From an uncultured archaeon (GTDB lineage: Archaea > Asgardarchaeota > Thorarchaeia > Thorarchaeales > Thorarchaeaceae), in NCBI GenBank assembly GCA_964648855.1, contig CAZYLT010000013.1:4932-68931 (forward strand): a stretch of 64,000 nucleotides of DNA, read 5' to 3'. This document shows, piece by piece, positions 38,803-48,716 of this stretch. Position numbers and translations under genes: made by a program. The first letter of the stretch is position 1. Each line of letters begins with the position of its first letter. The notes beneath the pieces were generated by a model. That model worked only from the letters and a program-made list of their open reading frames with translations, was not told the DNA's origin and did no database searches.

Positions 38803-39033
38803 GTGTTTAAGATGGGTAAAGGACTTGCAGTTCTGGGATTGATTTTGATTATAGTTGGTCTTCTGCCAATATGGGCAGTCTACATTGGAGCGTATGTAGA
38901 TTTAAGCATGATACTTACATACTTCAATCAAGGAATATATTCGCTGAATCTAGCAGGATACACATTCACAGAGGTAATGCTAGGACTTACTGGTTTGGGT
39001 GTTCTTCTCCTAATCATTGGTGCAGTGAAGTAG
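38803..39033 (+). CDS. small membrane protein (76 aa, two TM helices)
   Basis: GLAVLGLILIIVGLLPIWAVYIGAYV and LGLTGLGVLLLIIGAV helices; A/T-rich TATA-like motifs upstream. Confidence 0.35.
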   Translation: MFKMGKGLAVLGLILIIVGLLPIWAVYIGAYVDLSMILTYFNQGIYSLNLAGYTFTEVMLGLTGLGVLLLIIGAVK

Positions 39034-39470
39034 ATCCCTCAAAACATTTGCATTGGAATTATCCCTATTGGGAATTGTCAAGGCAGGGGATTTTGAGAAT
39101 TCGATCTTGATTAGTAACATCATAGGTTCTTTCAAGGTCCGGCTATTCAGCGGAATTCTGCTGAGTGAACCAATTATTCAAAATCTTTGAAGGCGCTCTC
39201 GTTTGATATGCTGGACTTTCAATTAGTCGTTCCAGTGTCAGGGAGATCTACTATCAAAGCAAATCATCTCACCCTGCAAGAATCCATGACAATCTATTCG
39301 ACTGTGCAAAAGTATATAGCTCCAACCTGTTTCTTTCACGGACTAAGATTGCTAATCCATTTTCTATTGAATTACTACAATAGGTCAGTCCTAAACTAGC
39401 TTGGAGATATGACATCATGTATTCCGTCCACCCAAGACTTATTCAAATTGCAGTCAGCTAATCAATCTGG

Positions 39471-41960
39471 CTAGGGCCAATCGTATGGTTTTATCTCAGT
39501 CCAATCAAACCCTTCAGAAGGCCCTGAAATGAGAACAAAATAGTAGAGTCCTGTATTATAGCCCCGAAGCTGTAACACCGGATCGCTAGGAGTCACCAAG
39601 AATTCTTCGATGACTGTGAGATTGGAAGACAGGACCATCCCCCAGAATTCTCCATTTGTGAGCGTTTCAGATATGAAATCGAACGCGGTACCAGATTCGA
39701 TATAGATATAGCCCTGCAAAGGCCCTCCAGAGGGGGCCCATGGATTTGGTTCCCAATGATATGTATCACTATCATTCATCGGATTGTCTGCATTCGATGG
39801 TAATTCAGTTGTTGGGGTCACTCTCAAACTGATTGAAACATCTGTTTCATTAAGATTCTCTTTGATAAATATGAGCTTGGTAATAGATGTGGGCCCTGCA
39901 TCAGGGTCAATAACATATCCTGGCCAAGTGCCATTCACGATTTCAGTGGTATAGGTATCATTGCTTCCGTCAGACCAAAAACGCAGAATTGTGATATTCC
40001 AATGAGTATATCCCTCAGTCCAATTCAAAAAGACAGAGAACGCTTGTGAACTGTTTACCTCGATAACCTCATAGACAGACTCTCCAGGCTCCAATTGCAT
40101 CGTATCACCAATTGTGTCATTGTTATATGTCATCTCAATGCTGGGAATGAGTCGCATTGTTATCCGCCCGTCCACAGGTCCTTCTGTCACTGACTTGACT
40201 ACCCAAATTCGCGATATTGGCTTGTCCAACGAGGGATCAATGAAGAGTTCACCACTCAGTGTAGTTTCATTCAGTTTTATTGGGATGCTCTCATTGGTTC
40301 CATCCTCATAGAAAACAAGAGCAACGATAGTCCAGTTTTGTGCAACCCCACTATGATTCAGCTGGATTCTGAAGGATGTTGTATTGGAAACTTCAATCTC
40401 CTCTATGACTGCACCGCCGCCACCTTGCACACCCACTGTGTCATTTAGGCGGGTGCCCGTATAGTTTAGGCGAATATGGGGCGTATATATCGGAACACCA
40501 TTCGCATGGTGAGAGTCAAGAAGAAGCCAGGTGAGAAACAGTCCATAGAGCTCAGACCATGTCATGTTTAGGGCTTGAGCAAAGGCATCTTTCGGATCCA
40601 CATTCCGAGGGTCTCCCATGCCGTAGTACTTCGTGCGATTGAAGACCTCTAGCAGTGTTTCAGTGCCGAATGTTTCATTGATGAATTTCGTAAAAAGAAA
40701 TGCAGCCATATATGAATTCCATGAATGATCCCAATCGTGGAACGCTCCGGTGCCATTGATATCTCGAAAGTGATCCAACCAGCTCAATGAACCTAGTCGA
40801 TGAGCCATTTCATTCCACTCGGTCATGGTCATATTAGGATAGTTCCTGAGCATGGAGTAGACAGCCCAAAATTCTGCCATTCCCTCATCCCACCAATAAT
40901 CAGGTTCATGCAGAGGATAATATGAGCCCCCGCTAGAATCGGTTCTACGTTTGAACTGGAATAAATGTAGAAGCTCATGTTCACCGACAACTTTGAGCTC
41001 TTCCTTCGTTGCATCCCTTCCGACTCTGATAACTATCTCCCCATTGCTATTAGATGACCCCGTAGATTCGGGGCTACGACTTCTAACCAATCGAATCTTG
41101 ACCTCGTTACCAGCAGCGGTTGCTGGGTCAGTGAAGTTATGCTCCCGGAAGAAATTCAATGAGAAATTGATGTGTTCTTTAACGAGCGCCACAACAGATG
41201 CGTTGACCCCAGGTCCTGCCGTAATTGTGACATTCTCGCCCCGATTATCTCCTGGACGTACTATCCCATCTGGTTCTTCGACTACCCTGATACCGTTGTA
41301 GATGAACACTTCTTCACCACCGTATGTACCAGTGGTGGTCAGAATTTCTATGTTCGGCTCACCTGGTGTTGCTATTGTTGGTATCCATGATTCTGAATAG
41401 CTATCCTCGTTTCCCATAAGGGAGATTGAGTCTTCCTCTGAGGAGGGAACATCAATACCTAACTCGGAATCGGTCCAGCCCCCAAGCACTTGGTCGCCAT
41501 TACCGCCGCCATATCGCATGAAGCTAACGAGTTTTCCTTCCGAATCATGAAGGCCGACCTCATCGCCAGGAGAATCAAGAATTTCAGCTTCGTCAACATA
41601 AATTATGACTTGTCCATCACTAGCATCCAGATCATCCGTGCCCTCACTCCAAGAAACTAAAATGAACAGAGAATCTGAATCGCCGCTAAATTCGGGGAGA
41701 ATGATTCTATCGCCATCATAGGTTGTCAGAATCCAGCCGTCCATATTATCATATTCAGTGGGAGCATAAAGCTCCACAAAACCATCAGTCGATTCGGTTC
41801 CAGGCCGGACTTCATTAATCAGAACGCCCTGATACGAAGTCGATTGTTCCTCAACTAGTTCAATAGGGGGACTTATTCTGCCCTGCAACAGCAGAATGTA
41901 ACTTGCAGAAGCAATCCCGATTACAATGATTATAATAATTGCAGCGGCAGGACGATTCAT
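39471..41960 (-). CDS. large secreted protein with N-terminal lamin-tail domain (LTD) and HEXXH...E zinc-metallopeptidase-like domain
   Basis: Signal-anchor MNRPAAAIIIIIVIGIASASYILLL. LTD pattern VLINEVRPGTESTDGFVELYAPTEYDNMDGWILTTYDG. HELLHLFQ followed by WDEGMAEFW (gluzincin-like). Start set to ATG 41960; the track extends by a GTG to 41978. Confidence 0.55.
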   Translation of the reverse strand: MNRPAAAIIIIIVIGIASASYILLLQGRISPPIELVEEQSTSYQGVLINEVRPGTESTDGFVELYAPTEYDNMDGWILTTYDGDRIILPEFSGDSDSLFILVSWSEGTDDLDASDGQVIIYVDEAEILDSPGDEVGLHDSEGKLVSFMRYGGGNGDQVLGGWTDSELGIDVPSSEEDSISLMGNEDSYSESWIPTIATPGEPNIEILTTTGTYGGEEVFIYNGIRVVEEPDGIVRPGDNRGENVTITAGPGVNASVVALVKEHINFSLNFFREHNFTDPATAAGNEVKIRLVRSRSPESTGSSNSNGEIVIRVGRDATKEELKVVGEHELLHLFQFKRRTDSSGGSYYPLHEPDYWWDEGMAEFWAVYSMLRNYPNMTMTEWNEMAHRLGSLSWLDHFRDINGTGAFHDWDHSWNSYMAAFLFTKFINETFGTETLLEVFNRTKYYGMGDPRNVDPKDAFAQALNMTWSELYGLFLTWLLLDSHHANGVPIYTPHIRLNYTGTRLNDTVGVQGGGGAVIEEIEVSNTTSFRIQLNHSGVAQNWTIVALVFYEDGTNESIPIKLNETTLSGELFIDPSLDKPISRIWVVKSVTEGPVDGRITMRLIPSIEMTYNNDTIGDTMQLEPGESVYEVIEVNSSQAFSVFLNWTEGYTHWNITILRFWSDGSNDTYTTEIVNGTWPGYVIDPDAGPTSITKLIFIKENLNETDVSISLRVTPTTELPSNADNPMNDSDTYHWEPNPWAPSGGPLQGYIYIESGTAFDFISETLTNGEFWGMVLSSNLTVIEEFLVTPSDPVLQLRGYNTGLYYFVLISGPSEGFDWTEIKPYDWP

Positions 41961-42124
41961 GTGGATAGCCTCAAGCACTAGCTATTATTTACTATAGTTA
42001 ACATGATATAACACTTGCGTTTAGACCAGTAACATGACATCTGCAAGTGAGTGAATCAATTTTCCGCATCCATTAGTCTGGAGAACATCTATGCACGAAA
42101 GGCAAAGCTTGAGTTACTTTAGAA

Positions 42125-44797
42125 CTACCTATTTCGTTTCTTGATGATCCGCCACAGGCAAAATCGTTGTCGCCTTGGATGATGAATCACGATATTTCCA
42201 CGCTGTAATTGACCAACGGGATTAAATCCTGCTTCGTGGAAGAGCATGCCATTTGAGTCATAAATACGGATTTGAAAGATATCAGTTCTTCCACGTCTGC
42301 CTTTATCCCAGACGTCTATTCTGAGATAATAGTCAGCACCCATCCAGACTAATTGCTTCGTTTCGAAATTCACCTTGAATATGTAGCATGTTCCCTCAAA
42401 GAACGCATGGTCATCACGAATAGCCAGCCCAACCAGCTTCGATGTCTTGACAAAGTAAAGCCAATCGCCTTCCTGATAGATATACAATGCATGTCCCCAG
42501 GGAGTTCCTGATTTCCTGTACTTCGCTAAGAGAGCAAAATGCCCGCGCTCATCCTCCGAGTCCATAATCCATCCCGCTCCAGTTATGAAGTCGCGAGACG
42601 GCTCTGCAATGGTAATGACTACCGGGGTAGAATCAGGACCGGTGTAGTACTCATTCACATCCGATGGGAAGACTACCACAACCGAGTAGTCGCCTGCCGG
42701 AAGATTCGATATGACTACCGTAACAACCCCTAAGCCTTGGACATCCGTGGCATTGAGCCGGTACGGTCCAAATACAATAGCGTTTTCGGAGCTAGCCGAG
42801 AAGATTAGAAATGAGACATATGCCTTTGAGATGTTGCCTAGAGAGGCATCATCGTCCTCGATGACAGTCGCACGAAGGGTAAAGCTTTCTGAAGTTGCAG
42901 AAGCAACAGTTTGGCCCGTATATGCTGCATTTGCATCCTCTCTTTGGACAAGAAAATCAACGGTGTCTGTTGAATTGACATAAGCAGAACTCCCCTCAAA
43001 TGACGAAATCAGAGAGTACTCTCCTGCCGCTAAACCTATCGCTACCGAAGCGTCAGCAAATCCATCAGAGTCCGTGATAGCAAATACAATTGCCCCATCA
43101 AGCTCAAAGGACACTGTTTCTCCAGCTATTGCAGACTGTAAGGCGATATCAATCAATTGTGCCCTTAGATGTACAATGTCAGAGTAGGTGCCTAATGTTT
43201 CACCAGTATAGTGTAACTGAGTCGCATTGACGACTAGATTAACAACCTGTGTGATTTCAGTGATTCCTGCATAGTCTTTGCTTCTGTATGCGAAGGTATG
43301 GTTTCCAATCACACCCATATTCAGCGGATCGATGTAAGGTAGCCAATCGCCAGAATCTATCTTGTATTCTATCTCCATCACACCAGAACCCGATAGACCA
43401 TCAGTTGCAGACAACGAGAGTTCGGAAATAGTTGATATATAGAGAGGGTCAGTCCCAATAGGCGTTGGTGTTATTGTTAGAGTTGTCTGTGGTGCGGTCT
43501 TGTCAATCTGGAGAACGAATTTCTGGGTTTCTTCGACATTACCAGCAATGTCTGTTGAGTTAAAGAAGATCTCAAGGGTTCCTTCTTCAGATATTTCGAA
43601 TGGCGCAGTGTATTCAATCCATATAACACCATCAAAACTGTAAGCAGTTGAGGCAACACCCGTATCTTCATCATCGGCAGACAGGATAACCGTGACATTT
43701 GACGTGTACCAGTTATTCATTCCGAGTGTGCCATCAATCTCGAGTGTGGTAATCGGGGGAATCCCATCAGATCCCAAAGTTTCAGTCTTGGTAGATTCAA
43801 CATTGCCAGCCAAATCTGTCGAGTTGTAGTGAACTGTCACGAGAGTAGTCGATTGCACCTCGAATGGATTTTCATAGACAAACCATTCTTCACCATCAAG
43901 GCTATACGTGGTCTGGGCAACACCTGAAATGGAGTCTGTTGCACTCAAGGTGACCACAATTCCACCCTCCTCATTTTCTTCATAGGAGAATACTGTTTGA
44001 GGAGGAGTCTTGTCGATATTAATGGAAATAAGCCCCTCTAATCGGAAACCCATATGGTCTCTAAGCTGCCAACGAATGGGGTGTCCACCCTCAGAAGTGA
44101 GTATAAAGCTGTTTCCGTCCCGGAATCCATCGTAATTGTCGAAATCAACCGCATACTCGAATTGCGAAATGCCTGAATAATCATCAAAGGCGTGTAGCGT
44201 CACCTCCACATCAGATGTCCACCAGCCATTCGTTCCCTTTGTGCCGGATATCTGTAGATCCATCTCAGGTGGGCTGAGGTCGATTCCAATGGTGTGCTCA
44301 TTTGTGGCTTCGACGTTTCCAGCGCTATCCGTGGCGTAATATTCCAGGGTGTGTAGACCCTCGCTTTCTATTTCGATGGTAGTACCATTTTCATAAGGAA
44401 GCCAAGCGCCTGAATCTACACGATAGCTGCCATTGGCTACCGAAAGGTCATTTATCAAGAACTCCACTTCGACGGGAGAATATCCATACCAGATGTCATA
44501 CCAGGGAGGATCTACTATGATGCTGCTCTCCGGCGGTTCATCATCTGAAGGTTCAATAACTTCAGCAGGTTCAGGGCTGCTTTTGTAGTTTATAGTAAAA
44601 TCGTCAATATGGTCTTTGAGAGTTGGAGTAATGAGTTCAGCATTCTTGTCTGATACACCAAGAGTCACGGAACGCATATCTGTATGATGAGGAAGTGATT
44701 GCGATGCAAGTGAAACTCCATTGAAGGCAATAATCAATAATGTAAAGGAAAACAAAATGTATGATAATGCTCGACGGTTGTTCATTCTTTGTGCCAC
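42125..44797 (-). CDS. giant secreted protein with tandem Ig-like (CHB_HEX_C/Big-like) repeats
   Basis: 890 aa; signal-anchor; repeated ~100-aa units ending ...Y.S.DxAGNVE (HTLEYYATDSAGNVE, VHYNSTDLAGNVES, IFFNSTDIAGNVEE). Confidence 0.55.
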   Translation of the reverse strand: MAQRMNNRRALSYILFSFTLLIIAFNGVSLASQSLPHHTDMRSVTLGVSDKNAELITPTLKDHIDDFTINYKSSPEPAEVIEPSDDEPPESSIIVDPPWYDIWYGYSPVEVEFLINDLSVANGSYRVDSGAWLPYENGTTIEIESEGLHTLEYYATDSAGNVEATNEHTIGIDLSPPEMDLQISGTKGTNGWWTSDVEVTLHAFDDYSGISQFEYAVDFDNYDGFRDGNSFILTSEGGHPIRWQLRDHMGFRLEGLISINIDKTPPQTVFSYEENEEGGIVVTLSATDSISGVAQTTYSLDGEEWFVYENPFEVQSTTLVTVHYNSTDLAGNVESTKTETLGSDGIPPITTLEIDGTLGMNNWYTSNVTVILSADDEDTGVASTAYSFDGVIWIEYTAPFEISEEGTLEIFFNSTDIAGNVEETQKFVLQIDKTAPQTTLTITPTPIGTDPLYISTISELSLSATDGLSGSGVMEIEYKIDSGDWLPYIDPLNMGVIGNHTFAYRSKDYAGITEITQVVNLVVNATQLHYTGETLGTYSDIVHLRAQLIDIALQSAIAGETVSFELDGAIVFAITDSDGFADASVAIGLAAGEYSLISSFEGSSAYVNSTDTVDFLVQREDANAAYTGQTVASATSESFTLRATVIEDDDASLGNISKAYVSFLIFSASSENAIVFGPYRLNATDVQGLGVVTVVISNLPAGDYSVVVVFPSDVNEYYTGPDSTPVVITIAEPSRDFITGAGWIMDSEDERGHFALLAKYRKSGTPWGHALYIYQEGDWLYFVKTSKLVGLAIRDDHAFFEGTCYIFKVNFETKQLVWMGADYYLRIDVWDKGRRGRTDIFQIRIYDSNGMLFHEAGFNPVGQLQRGNIVIHHPRRQRFCLWRIIKKRNR

Positions 44798-45114
44798 TAC
44801 TCCATACGAGGGAAGTAGTCTTAGCTAATTGATATCTGCATTGCTGCGTAGATTGGGGACACCGATGATTTCGTTCTCCCTCGTGGTATTGTATTCGTAT
44901 ATACATTGACGGCTATTAGTGTTCTGATTGGTCTAGTTTAGTCCCAAGAATATTGAGAATCAAATTAGTATCTGTGTTCTTTTGCTACTCATGGACTGAA
45001 CACATCCTTCAGAATAGATGGGGGATTTCAAAAAGTACTAAGAGGGCAAACACTCATTTCAGCTCGATTATTGGTGATGTGTCAAACCAAAAATACTGAA
45101 ACACGTTTAGACTA

Positions 45115-45450
45115 TTGATAGGAGATAGAAATATGCTTGATAGAAAAGAAAAAACAACGAAAGTCATAGCTGAACTTGTAATAGCACCCTATGGCGTAGG
45201 AACCAGCCTCAGCAAGTACGTTAAGGAATCAGTGAGTGAGATCGATCACTTTCCTGGAATTCGGGTTCAACATACTCCAATGAGCTCAATCATTGAGGCA
45301 GACAGTGTCGACCAGGTTCTTGAGGTTACAAAGGCAGCTCATGAACGCATGTTTCAAGCAGGCGCTAAGAGAGTTTCAACTCTGCTAAGAATAGATGATA
45401 GAAGAGACAAAGCACGAGTCATGGAGGACAAGGTAGATACGATTTCGTAG
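45115..45450 (+). CDS. MTH1187/YkoF family protein (DUF77, thiamine-binding fold)
   Basis: VIAELVIAPYGVGTSLSKYVKESVSEI...HTPMSSIIEA pattern typical of MTH1187; likely start at second Met (45133). Confidence 0.6.
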   Translation: MIGDRNMLDRKEKTTKVIAELVIAPYGVGTSLSKYVKESVSEIDHFPGIRVQHTPMSSIIEADSVDQVLEVTKAAHERMFQAGAKRVSTLLRIDDRRDKARVMEDKVDTIS

Positions 45451-45509
45451 TGATTTATCAATCATCAATGAATGACATGAACTCTGTTTCCCGGTGAAAT
45501 TGCGTCAGT

Positions 45510-46475
45510 TCAATCAGTATAATTGGCCATGAGTTCTTTCAGTTTCTCTAATGAGAGATTGCCCCCGGAGCAGATAATACCTACCGTGTCTTTTTTCAAA
45601 CGATTCCGGATTCTGTAGGCCCCTGCAAGGGCTGCGGCTCCAGCACCCTCTGCCAAAGTATGAGCTTTCTTTATCATCCATACCACGGCTTGCATGATAT
45701 CGTCATCACTCACCAATACGAAGTCATCTAGGTATTTTTTCAGAATTCTCTGTGGCAATTCAAAGGCCGTACCAGTCGAGAGACCTTCAATAATCGTCTT
45801 ATTGGGTCTTTGAACGAGTTTCTTTTGTTTCCAAGAGTGGTAAGCCGCAGGTGATGATTCAGATTGCACCCCGATGACTTTGATATTGGGATTAATTGCC
45901 TTGGCAACAATGCAGCATCCAGCAGCTCCACTACCTCCGCCGATAGGAACTATAATCTTGCTTATTTGGGGGCATTCCTCAAGCATTTCCAATGCCTCTG
46001 TTCCAACCCCCGCTATCAAATGTGGCTCATTACCTGAGTGAATGTAGCGATATCCATGTTTCTCTGCTAGGTGCTCGCAGTGTCTTTTTGCCTCATCATA
46101 AGTACGGCCGTGAAACACAACTTCTGCGCCCATGAGTTTCATAGATTCAATTTTTTCTGGGTTTGAATCCTCTGGCACTACAACTATGGCTTCAAGACCA
46201 AATATCTTAGAGGCGTAAGATATCGATTGACCATGGTTGCCGGTCGATGCTACTATAACGCCCTTGTCTCGTTCATCATCTGAAAGCTGCGAGATTAGAT
46301 TAACCCCACCGCGTACTTTGAACGCTCCAACCGGTTGACAATTTTCGTGTTTGACCAAAGCAGTTGTTCCCAATAGTTGATTGATTGCCGGGTACGAAAT
46401 CAGAGGAGTAGGCCTTAGATGTGGGCGAATACGTTCTTGTGCAGATAGTACATCATGTAGCGTTGGAATATACAA
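45510..46475 (-). CDS. PLP-dependent threonine/serine dehydratase family protein (fold type II)
   Basis: PLP-lysine motif FKVRGGVNLISQL, glycine-rich loop GGGSGAAG. Confidence 0.8.
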   Translation of the reverse strand: MYIPTLHDVLSAQERIRPHLRPTPLISYPAINQLLGTTALVKHENCQPVGAFKVRGGVNLISQLSDDERDKGVIVASTGNHGQSISYASKIFGLEAIVVVPEDSNPEKIESMKLMGAEVVFHGRTYDEAKRHCEHLAEKHGYRYIHSGNEPHLIAGVGTEALEMLEECPQISKIIVPIGGGSGAAGCCIVAKAINPNIKVIGVQSESSPAAYHSWKQKKLVQRPNKTIIEGLSTGTAFELPQRILKKYLDDFVLVSDDDIMQAVVWMIKKAHTLAEGAGAAALAGAYRIRNRLKKDTVGIICSGGNLSLEKLKELMANYTD

Positions 46476-46648
46476 TATTTCTCACTCCGAGTAGTATATG
46501 CATCTGGGTACATGTTGAGTTGCATGGGAATGGGTATTTCTGTTTTCTGGAAAGCGTGCAAGGTCACTTGTCATTTCCCGTTCGGCAAAGTCTAAATCCC
46601 CTCAATCTTTGCGTGCACCATAGGATTTGCAGAGAGTGGGTATTTCCA

Positions 46649-47467
46649 GTGAATGCGCGGGAACCAAATGACATTGAGAAATTCCAGCAGGAGATACTGG
46701 AATGGTGGGGGGAAAATGCCCGCGAGCTTCCGTGGAGAGAAGACCCCACACAGTATCACGTTCTAGTATCTGAGATCATGCTACAGCAGACACAGGTAAG
46801 CCGTGTTGTTCCCAAATACCTTGAGTTCATCGAACAGTTTCCAACCATCGAGGCACTTGCAAATGCTGAAACTGCACACCTTCTCCGGGTATGGAGTGGC
46901 CTAGGCTATAACCGTCGTGCTCTATGGCTAAGAGAGGCTGCAAAGGGGATTGTTGAGAGAGGAGAGTTCCCAGAAAGAGAGGAGGAACTCAGAATGTTGA
47001 AGGGTATTGGACCCTATACGTCGCGCTCAATACTGATCTTTGCTTTCAATAGAGATTTGGCTACCGTTGACACAAACATTAGACGGGTCCTGATAGCTTC
47101 GGGCTTTGCTAGTGAGGATATGACTGAAACTCAAATTCAAGAGATTGCAGAACGAACGCTACCAGAAGGAAAGTCAAGTGATTGGCATAATGCGCTGATG
47201 GACTATGGTTCCATGGTACTTACATCAGATTCTACTGGAATTACTCCACGATATAGTCAATCTAGATACTCTGGTTCATCAAGAGAGATTCGTGGTTTAG
47301 TGATTCAACTCATGATAGAACACGATGAAATGACATTAAGTCATCTTTCATCCGAAGTCGGAAAAAGGAACCTAGATACTGGGGAACTATCGGAGATAGT
47401 TGAACAACTTGTAAACGAAGGCTTTCTTACATGTTCCAACTCCGGCATACTTTCGATTGCAGATTAG
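46649..47467 (+). CDS. HhH-GPD DNA glycosylase (MutY/EndoIII-like) lacking the 4Fe-4S cluster loop, with C-terminal winged-helix-like extension
   Basis: LPWREDPTQYHVLVSEIMLQQTQVSRV; HhH LKGIGPYTS; catalytic Asp in VDTNIRRV. No Cys cluster after the HhH. No in-frame ATG near N-terminus, so start proposed at GTG 46649 (the track ORF begins at 46421). Confidence 0.6.
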   Translation: MNAREPNDIEKFQQEILEWWGENARELPWREDPTQYHVLVSEIMLQQTQVSRVVPKYLEFIEQFPTIEALANAETAHLLRVWSGLGYNRRALWLREAAKGIVERGEFPEREEELRMLKGIGPYTSRSILIFAFNRDLATVDTNIRRVLIASGFASEDMTETQIQEIAERTLPEGKSSDWHNALMDYGSMVLTSDSTGITPRYSQSRYSGSSREIRGLVIQLMIEHDEMTLSHLSSEVGKRNLDTGELSEIVEQLVNEGFLTCSNSGILSIAD

Positions 47468-47621
47468 ATTAGACCATATTGTGACTTCTGTCCTTCGAGT
47501 GATACCAGAGCGGGAAAAATCAATTCCAAATCTGCATCAATCCCAAAGATATTAGGAGAATCAGAGAATACACTATTGGATTCAGAAGGAATCCAAAGAA
47601 TAGAATGGGAAAGGAAAACTC

Positions 47622-47828
47622 GTGTTTGAAGACCATAAAACGACCGATTTTGCTGTCTTTTGGGTTGGTGGCATCATACTAATGTCGATTGGCGTGCCGG
47701 GAATCCTACTTGGCATTATCTGGCATTATTTGATTTTCGGGCTGGGTCTCATATTCCTTCTACTTGGTCTCATCGGACAGAGAAGAGCAGTTGATGAGGA
47801 TACAGCAGATGCCCCTAAACCAGCGTGA
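47622..47828 (+). CDS. small membrane protein (68 aa)
   Basis: Two hydrophobic helices; no other support. Confidence 0.3.
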   Translation: MFEDHKTTDFAVFWVGGIILMSIGVPGILLGIIWHYLIFGLGLIFLLLGLIGQRRAVDEDTADAPKPA

Positions 47829-47856
47829 TGAGGGAAGTGCCCCTTATGTTGTAGCG

Positions 47857-48468
47857 CTATTTTTTCCGTTTTACTACAAAGACGGCTAAAGAGATTACCA
47901 GTAGAATTCCAAAGAATACAGCCATGATTGGATTGGAAAGAGTGGTACCTATCAGTATCCCATGCACATATGCGAAGATTAGCGCCAGATAAACTAGCCC
48001 ATGAAAATATCTCCAAGTATTTCGAATACGCCCACGTGCAAACGCCGCAAGAACTGCAATATAAATCACATACAGTGCTTGGCGACCCGCAAGTGACCAG
48101 AATGCATACCAAGATGAGAAGTCAGGAATGAAGACTGTTAGACTCGCGACATATATAGCGAAGGTCACGGGATGTGCTGTGGCTAAGATCAATCCCAAGG
48201 CTGCGAAAACATGATGAACAGTCATAAAAGGCCGGTTGAAATGAGTTCTGATTTCACGAAGATACATCGAGAGAATCGACGCGATGACCAGAGATACAAA
48301 CCCTGACAAAGCAGAAATTCTAATGACCAATTGGAAGAGATTGTCATACGCCGTGAAAAAGGGACCTATCACCGCAACCGCATAGGTACCGATAATTGCG
48401 AGAATGCCCAATAGTCCCAATTGTGAGAAACCACCGAAGTAGCGTTTTGTATCCTGAGAAGTAGTCAT
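47857..48468 (-). CDS. ferric-reductase-like transmembrane heme-binding domain protein (MsrQ-like)
   Basis: 6 TM helices with paired His (VHHVFAALGLILATAHP; YFHGLVYLALIFAYVHG) as in bis-heme ferric reductase TM domains. Confidence 0.4.
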   Translation of the reverse strand: MTTSQDTKRYFGGFSQLGLLGILAIIGTYAVAVIGPFFTAYDNLFQLVIRISALSGFVSLVIASILSMYLREIRTHFNRPFMTVHHVFAALGLILATAHPVTFAIYVASLTVFIPDFSSWYAFWSLAGRQALYVIYIAVLAAFARGRIRNTWRYFHGLVYLALIFAYVHGILIGTTLSNPIMAVFFGILLVISLAVFVVKRKK

Positions 48469-48716
48469 GCCTTTACCGTCCTGTATAGATTCTTTTCTTC
48501 CTGAAGTACTCGGGTATATTTCAATCGTTTGGTATCGAAACTCACGAATAGTCTAACAGAATGCCCGGAAGTCCAAGAAAAATGAAGATAATGAATGCCC
48601 TGTTCACCTTGTCTATTTTCTGTGCGCAGACTTTTTTGTTTTGCCTTTTCCTTTAGAAATTGCAGGATATTGATTATCGACCATCAGATTCACGTTAACA
48701 TTCTACTGAATCACAC

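Noticed and set aside
39187-39399. 70-aa + strand ORF in the 39.03-39.47 kb gap
   Set aside because: No RBS or promoter support, odd composition. The gap may instead hold regulatory sequence; a GAATTC-centred imperfect palindrome at about 39138-39153 was noted but judged too weak to report.
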